DNA of 64,000 nt, taken from the sequence record PQ356294.1. One strand, 5' to 3'. The position numbers and the translations under genes were made by a program. This document shows, piece after piece, positions 59,368 to 64,000 of the stretch; within the stretch, counting starts at the first letter, position 1, and each line of letters begins with the position of its first letter. Source of the stretch: Escherichia phage Ec_YwIITB1. A model generated the notes under the pieces. It saw nothing but the letters and a program-made list of their open reading frames with translations, did not search any database and was not told the DNA's origin.

Positions 59368-59499
59368 TACATACTCCTTTGAATAATATCAATAATGTTG
59401 TTCACCAGATTATAAGTAAACATTGGATAATTATATTGAATCATCACATACACAACAAACAAAACTTTCATTCTCTTCTCCTTGACAGTTGACAAGATT

Positions 59500-59529
59500 A
59501 CTATACCATAACCTTGCCAACTTGTAAAC
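59500..59529 (-). promoter_or_regulatory. early promoter
   Basis: Minus-strand GTTTACaagttggcaaggttatggTATAGT. Confidence 0.5.
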
Positions 59530-59694
59530 CATTAAATGACGTTTTCAATAAAATTCTGAAGCTTTGTGTGAGCATCAACCATGATTTTCATTTCTTCCTT
59601 TGCGAAAGCTGTACCTCTTTCCCGAGCAGAATACTCATAATCAGAAACTGCATTAGCATATTCTTCAATTAGCTTCATTAAAAACATCTGCTTT

Positions 59695-59889
59695 TCAGTT
59701 TTCATTATTCCACCTAATCATTTCAAGATATTGAACTAACTTAGCTTTGGATTTATCCAAATCCTTTTTAGCTGCTTCTATACCATCGTATGAATATCCT
59801 TCACAATGCTCAACTGCCAATTGGTATGAATCTATTTCAATATCACGTGCTAATTTAATGATTTTTTCAAACTGTTCACGTGTTAGCAT
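59695..59889 (-). CDS. small helical protein (64 aa), paralog family member
   Basis: MLTREQFEKIIKLA...LVQYLEMI. Confidence 0.5.
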   Translation of the reverse strand: MLTREQFEKIIKLARDIEIDSYQLAVEHCEGYSYDGIEAAKKDLDKSKAKLVQYLEMIRWNNEN

Positions 59890-59891
59890 AC

Positions 59892-60131
59892 TTAAACTCT
59901 CGTATTATGATCGATAATTTCATCAAGAAACATATCTAAAGCTTCTACAGCATTATCAACTTTAGCTTCAAGTTCTTCAGCACCTTTATTTGCAATGCCC
60001 GACGAAAACCAAGCAAAGTCACTAAGTTCCTCATCTGCTTTGCGAATTAAAGCTACCAATTCTTTAATTTTATCTGCTTGTTCAATGCTAATCATTATTC
60101 CACCACATATGAAAGAGAGAATATTGCACAC
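59892..60131 (-). CDS. small helical protein (79 aa), paralog family member
   Basis: ...[14 protein letters not shown]...[11 protein letters not shown]. Confidence 0.5.
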   Translation of the reverse strand: MCNILSFICGGIMISIEQADKIKELVALIRKADEELSDFAWFSSGIANKGAEELEAKVDNAVEALDMFLDEIIDHNTRV

Positions 60132-60280
60132 GCCATATGAGTTGCAGCTTCATCACACATATCATAACGTTTCTTAAGAAGTTCTACAAGTTCTTCACTA
60201 GTAACTTCATCCATGTCGACGAAAAAATCACCATTAATGATGACGTAGATATTTCCTTCTTGATTGAGTGCTTCAATTTT
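60095..60280 (-). CDS. hypothetical small protein (61 aa); start re-set
   Basis: ATG at 60280 ([10 protein letters not shown]...) after GAGGAGA SD; track start lies in the promoter. Confidence 0.45.
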   Translation of the reverse strand, partial: KIEALNQEGNIYVIINGDFFVDMDEVTSEELVELLKKRYDMCDEAATHMACAIFSLSYVVE

Positions 60281-60310
60281 CATGATGTTCTCCTCTTTAT
60301 CCGATGGTTG

Positions 60311-60341
60311 TATAGTATCACAGCTCAAATTGAAAGTAAAC
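60311..60341 (-). promoter_or_regulatory. early promoter
   Basis: Minus-strand GTTTAC...TACTATAC then GAGGAGA SD. Confidence 0.55.
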
Positions 60342-60356
60342 CGGTAAAATGAAAAA

Positions 60357-60374
60357 AGTCTCCCGAAGGAGACT
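60357..60374 (-). terminator. intrinsic terminator downstream of the rI operon
   Basis: AGUCUCCUUCGGGAGACU followed by UUUUUU. Confidence 0.7.
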
Positions 60375-60378
60375 AATG

Positions 60379-60765
60379 TTATTCGAGTGAAAGAAGATAT
60401 TTGCTCTGGTAAAACATCCCAGTGATATCATCTATCGTGCTTTGAATGGCTGGAGGCATTTCTTTATAAATGCTGTTAGATTGATCTAGTATGTGATCAA
60501 TCATTTTAATTGTATCGGTAGGAAGTTTACTGGCGTCTGGAATAGAAGGCGTGTATTTTCTACCAGAATACCCTAAATATTGCTCACCAAATTTATCAAT
60601 CAAATCTGGCAATTCAGAGAAAATAAAATCGTATGCTTTGTGTCTAGCATAACTTTTAGTTTCAAAATGTGCAGAATGAAAATAAGCTTGTGCAGCCATT
60701 AATAAACCTAAGTATTCATCTGCCTTTGAAGGTTTTCCACTTTGTGAAAAGTCGCTGAATTTCAT
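60379..60765 (-). CDS. rI.-1: rI.-1-like protein
   Basis: 128-aa ORF immediately downstream of rI. Confidence 0.55.
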   Translation of the reverse strand: MKFSDFSQSGKPSKADEYLGLLMAAQAYFHSAHFETKSYARHKAYDFIFSELPDLIDKFGEQYLGYSGRKYTPSIPDASKLPTDTIKMIDHILDQSNSIYKEMPPAIQSTIDDITGMFYQSKYLLSLE

Positions 60766-61055
60766 TCAGTCTCCAATTTAATGTTCATAATTCTAGCGTA
60801 TGATTGTGCCATCTCCGCGCCTCGCTCTATACATTCAAAATCGGAAGAGCACGGGTCATTTTTATAAGTCGTTCGCATAAAACTATAGAACTGTTCAGAT
60901 GATTCTACGCTTTTATTTTCAAAAAGCATATAAACGTGTCTAATACCAGATTCCATAAATTTATCAAAATGAAGATCGACATTCGCTTCAATTGGTGGAG
61001 ATAAAGCAAATGCTAATCCTAGCATGGCAAATAGTGCCGTTGCTTTTAAGGCCAT
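60762..61055 (-). CDS. rI: lysis inhibition regulator rI
   Basis: 97-aa ORF MALKATALFAMLGLAFALSPPIEA... with signal-anchor; matches T4 RI as recalled. Confidence 0.88.
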   Translation of the reverse strand: MALKATALFAMLGLAFALSPPIEANVDLHFDKFMESGIRHVYMLFENKSVESSEQFYSFMRTTYKNDPCSSDFECIERGAEMAQSYARIMNIKLETE

Positions 61056-61067
61056 AAAGGCCTCCTA

Positions 61068-61280
61068 TCATTTTTGTCCTGTATTTACTTTATGCCGATG
61101 CACGGCCTTAACTTTATCAAGGTATTTTTCAAAATTTCGCAATCTAGTATAGTCTGCCGGAGATTGGTTGAGTGATACTTCTCGACGCAAAGCTGAAATG
61201 ATATTTCCAACTTCCCTACGAATTTCATCTAATTGAAGAACAGTAAGATTGCGAAGTTGCTTTTCAGTTAATTGTAGCAT
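61068..61280 (-). CDS. rI.1: rI.1-like protein
   Basis: 70-aa ORF between tk and rI. Confidence 0.55.
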
Positions 61281-61322
61281 ATATACCCCTTTAGTTAGAT
61301 AAACCTATTTATAACTTTTGCA

Positions 61323-61904
61323 CTAACCAAGCTTTTTAGTTAATTCATTCCAATGTTTTCTACACAAAGAAACATAAATTTCATCACCAATACAGATTTG
61401 ATTACCTTCTTTAACTGGCGTTCCATCTTCCATTAATCGAGCTGTCATAATAGCTTTTTTACCACAATGACAAACTGCTTTTAGTTCAATAAGTTTATCT
61501 GCAATCGCCAAAAGTTCTTTAGAACCTTCAAATAATTTTCCAGCGAAATCAGTCCTTAGTCCATAAGCCATAACAGGAACATTATATGTATCGACAATTC
61601 GGCTTAATTGATGCACCTGTTCAGTTTTTAAAAACTGGGCTTCATCTACAAATACACAATGAATATCTTTTTGTGCTTCAGCCCATTTATAGAACTCAAA
61701 AATATCCATATCATCCGTAATAATATTCGCTTCCTGCTTAATTCCAATGCGAGAAACGACTTCACAGACAGAATCACGAGTATCAATAGCAGGCTTAAGA
61801 ACTAATACACCCATTCCGCGTTCTTTATAATTATGCGCAGCAGTCAAAAGAGAAGCAGATTTTCCAGCATTCATTGCTGCGTAAGTAAAAATTAAACTCG
61901 CCAT
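61323..61904 (-). CDS. tk: thymidine kinase
   Basis: 193-aa ORF with P-loop (AAMNAGKS) and C-terminal Zn-binding CxxC pairs; T4 Tk length. Confidence 0.92.
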   Translation of the reverse strand: MASLIFTYAAMNAGKSASLLTAAHNYKERGMGVLVLKPAIDTRDSVCEVVSRIGIKQEANIITDDMDIFEFYKWAEAQKDIHCVFVDEAQFLKTEQVHQLSRIVDTYNVPVMAYGLRTDFAGKLFEGSKELLAIADKLIELKAVCHCGKKAIMTARLMEDGTPVKEGNQICIGDEIYVSLCRKHWNELTKKLG

Positions 61905-61905
61905 C

Positions 61906-62094
61906 TTAGTCCTTAGTTAAATTTTCTAAATATGTTTCTAAATCATTTTCAGCTTTATCGATAGATTTTACTAATTCGTAATATGTTTCGGCATCTCCGT
62001 ATTCAGAAGATATTTCAAAAGACAAATCCTTTTCTAAACTAATAATTTCACCAACTAAAAATAATATTTCGTTCTTTTGTTCGCGAGTAATCAT
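61906..62094 (-). CDS. small helical protein (62 aa), paralog family member
   Basis: MITREQKNEILFLV...LETYLENL. Confidence 0.5.
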   Translation of the reverse strand: MITREQKNEILFLVGEIISLEKDLSFEISSEYGDAETYYELVKSIDKAENDLETYLENLTKD

Positions 62095-62276
62095 AAGGAA
62101 TTTATATAATTAATAAGTTCTTGTTCTTTATCGTCGAAATCTTTACACAGTTCTTCGTATTCGTCGGTATTAAAAGGACCGCATTCATCACAAACTTTTT
62201 CCAATTCGCTATTTTTATCCATAACTTCGTGAATAAGAGAAAATAGTCTGTCTTTTTGTTCTTTGCTTAGGCTCAC
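62091..62276 (-). CDS. small helical protein (61 aa), paralog family member
   Basis: MSLSKEQKDRLFSLI...LINYINSL. Confidence 0.5.
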   Translation of the reverse strand: MSLSKEQKDRLFSLIHEVMDKNSELEKVCDECGPFNTDEYEELCKDFDDKEQELINYINSL

Positions 62277-62445
62277 AGTATGTCAATCCCCAAAAGTTTT
62301 AAAATGACTCGTTTCTGATTCATAACCGCTACGATTGAATGACCGTTGGGGTCTTTTTGACCTGATCCAATTATAAATCCTTTTTGTGCGGAAAGTTCAA
62401 TCAAAACATCAAGTTCACGTAATAATTGATATTTTAAATCATCGT

Positions 62446-62673
62446 TCATTTTGGTTTACCTTCTTTAACGAAATCGGGATAAGGATAAAATCCTGAATAA
62501 AATCCTTCACCTTTATGATTGATACATCCTTTATTAGAACAATAGCACCAATAATCGAAATCACAAGCCATTTCATCATTACATAAAGCAAAAACAACTG
62601 GCCATTTACACTTTTCGCAGTGGGCATTTTTAAGAATACTAGTTTGGCTCATAACCATGTAACCTTTAAACAA
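62446..62673 (-). CDS. small Cys-rich (zinc-binding) protein (75 aa)
   Basis: CEKC...C...C.C...C cysteine pattern. Confidence 0.5.
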   Translation of the reverse strand: MFKGYMVMSQTSILKNAHCEKCKWPVVFALCNDEMACDFDYWCYCSNKGCINHKGEGFYSGFYPYPDFVKEGKPK

Positions 62674-62861
62674 TATTCTTCTACGTGCTGTTTACGACCT
62701 TTCTTATCAATAAAGGTATATTCAACGAATGTTCCAATATAGTCTTTATCTACACCATGCGGACTATTAATTGGACATTTAGTACGGCAAATGCGTTCCC
62801 ATTGACGAATAATTTCCACTTTGTTTTTAGGATCAAACGGATGCGGGTAATGTACTTTCAT
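62649..62861 (-). CDS. hypothetical protein (70 aa)
   Basis: Minus-strand ORF. Confidence 0.45.
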   Translation of the reverse strand: MKVHYPHPFDPKNKVEIIRQWERICRTKCPINSPHGVDKDYIGTFVEYTFIDKKGRKQHVEEYCLKVTWL

Positions 62862-63312
62862 AATCCACCACTATTAAATCAATATCAGGAGTAAACATGT
62901 CGATTAATTTAGAAACCTTATCCCAATCGCCGCCTGCAATACCACAACCGATACGTGGAATGTAAATTACTGGTTTAAACAAAAGGGTTTCTGCCTGTAG
63001 ATTTAATTCTATCATGCAGTTTACTAAAGCACCATAATCAAGATTAGGACCCGGTTCGTATTGTGTATACAAATTATAGCACATACTAAATCCTGTAGGA
63101 TTATGTTTAAAAACAATAGACATATCACCTAATTTATCACGAGAACCGTACTCGGTAGTGGTTTTATCTATTTCTAAAATTTTGGGATAGGCTCTTGCTA
63201 ATTGACCTGCTACGCCAGAGCCCATTGTGTGGAAGCAATTACACCCGTGCGCAATAATATTACCTTGAAGAAATAGGGCGACAATATCGCCCTTGATATA
63301 TTTTACAATCAT
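62833..63312 (-). CDS. macrodomain-like protein (TARG1/DarG-type signature)
   Basis: 159-aa ORF with KGDIV near the N-terminus and IAHGCNCFHTMGSGVAGQLA, resembling the TARG1/DarG macrodomain signature (GDLF...LAHCIS.D..MGAGIA). Confidence 0.55.
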   Translation of the reverse strand: MIVKYIKGDIVALFLQGNIIAHGCNCFHTMGSGVAGQLARAYPKILEIDKTTTEYGSRDKLGDMSIVFKHNPTGFSMCYNLYTQYEPGPNLDYGALVNCMIELNLQAETLLFKPVIYIPRIGCGIAGGDWDKVSKLIDMFTPDIDLIVVDYESTLPASV

Positions 63313-63650
63313 CTAGTACTCAATCCTCGATTATAAGAATCTACTAAACGGTCAACCATTGAATGACAAGCGGCTTTATCTTTCTCCTCCGCAACTGAAC
63401 ATTCTAAGGTATTCCACTTTTTAGCATATCGTTTTAACAATGTATCATTTTTGTATCTGCTTGATTTATCTCTTTCTCCGTCTTTATATGCATATATTAA
63501 TTTCTGCGCAAATTCAGCTTGGCATGCTTTATTTTTCCCACAATAATCCGCGGCAGTACGGTTTACATACTCTCTAATTTCAGTATATGATGTATCTGCT
63601 AACGCAGAAAATGAAATTAATCCTATACATAAAACCAAAATTTTAGTCAT
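63309..63650 (-). CDS. secreted Cys-containing protein (113 aa)
   Basis: N-terminal signal peptide MTKILVLCIGLISFSALA and four cysteines. Confidence 0.5.
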   Translation of the reverse strand: MTKILVLCIGLISFSALADTSYTEIREYVNRTAADYCGKNKACQAEFAQKLIYAYKDGERDKSSRYKNDTLLKRYAKKWNTLECSVAEEKDKAACHSMVDRLVDSYNRGLSTR

Positions 63651-64000
63651 TTACTATTTCCAAAAGTTTATTGTTTTTAAGGTAATTAGCCTTTTCTAGG
63701 ACTTCAGAAGCATATTTAGAACCTGCTTTAACATTCCATCCCGAATTATAAGAGGATATCGCCTTTCTTATATCACCCTTATGTATATTTAACCAATAAG
63801 AAAGTTCAATGTACGCCCAGGAAGCTGAATTGGACCGTTTATTCAACATTCTTTTTATTTCAGCATCGGTCATATTATAACCAAGTTCCTTGACTCTCGC
63901 TCGCATAGTAGGCAAATAATTTTGGAACATTCCATAGGCATGATGCTTTGGTTTAGATTTTAAATTAACTCCGGCAGAGCTTTCTTGCCACAAAATAGCA
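63643..64000 (-). CDS. lytic transglycosylase (SLT-domain)-like protein, 5' end beyond window
   Basis: Contains ESSAGV...AYGMFQ, resembling the SLT catalytic E-S...GLMQ motif; ORF runs off the window edge. Confidence 0.5.
   Translation of the reverse strand, partial: AILWQESSAGVNLKSKPKHHAYGMFQNYLPTMRARVKELGYNMTDAEIKRMLNKRSNSASWAYIELSYWLNIHKGDIRKAISSYNSGWNVKAGSKYASEVLEKANYLKNNKLLEIVND

Noticed and set aside
4663-60374. CRISPR array formed by the repeated GGGCCGAAGCCC-type elements
   Set aside because: The repeats are short palindromic hairpins with irregular spacing of kilobases and sit at gene boundaries; there are no uniform repeat-spacer units.
1-64000. tRNA or other structured RNA genes
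   Set aside because: No cloverleaf-compatible segments were noticed; the T4 tRNA cluster lies elsewhere, near gene e and segB, outside this window.

Overview
This window is the early/middle-gene region of a T4-like (T-even, Tequatrovirus-type) coliphage; the gene order and many protein sequences match my recollection of T4. Nearly every gene is on the minus strand, packed tightly with frequent stop/start overlaps. In order: gene 52, ac, stp/ndd, denB, rIIB, rIIA, topoisomerase 39, motB family, dexA, dda, srd, modA/modB, soc, 56, primase 61, sp, dmd, helicase 41, uvsX, a glycosyltransferase, 42, imm, DNA polymerase 43, regA, 62/44/45, rpbA, 46/47, alpha-gt, sigma factor 55, nrdH/nrdG/nrdD, endonuclease VII (49), nrdC, a long run of nrdC.x-like ORFs, rI, tk, and the start of the tk/vs small-gene cluster. 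It is not T4 itself: gene 39 is one contiguous 606-aa ORF, nrdD has no intron, the mobA/segA/segF/mobD homing-endonuclease slots are empty, the beta-gt slot holds a different 282-aa glycosyltransferase, and there is no room for dam between 56 and 61. Intergenic regions carry repeated T4-type early promoter modules (minus-strand -35 GTTTAC, -10 TATAAT-like) and GC-rich hairpins with CGAA/UUCG loops, many followed by U-runs. The most notable observations are a TARG1/DarG-like macrodomain ORF near tk, a soc gene whose start codon is out of frame with the Soc-like body, a plus-strand small membrane ORF where T4 carries dam, and several families of small tandem paralogs. The ORF track appears to accept GTG/TTG starts, so several track ORFs carry spurious N-terminal extensions that read through promoter repeats; I re-set those starts where I could verify an ATG with a Shine-Dalgarno sequence. 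All identifications are from memory of T4-family proteins and motifs; no database search was run.
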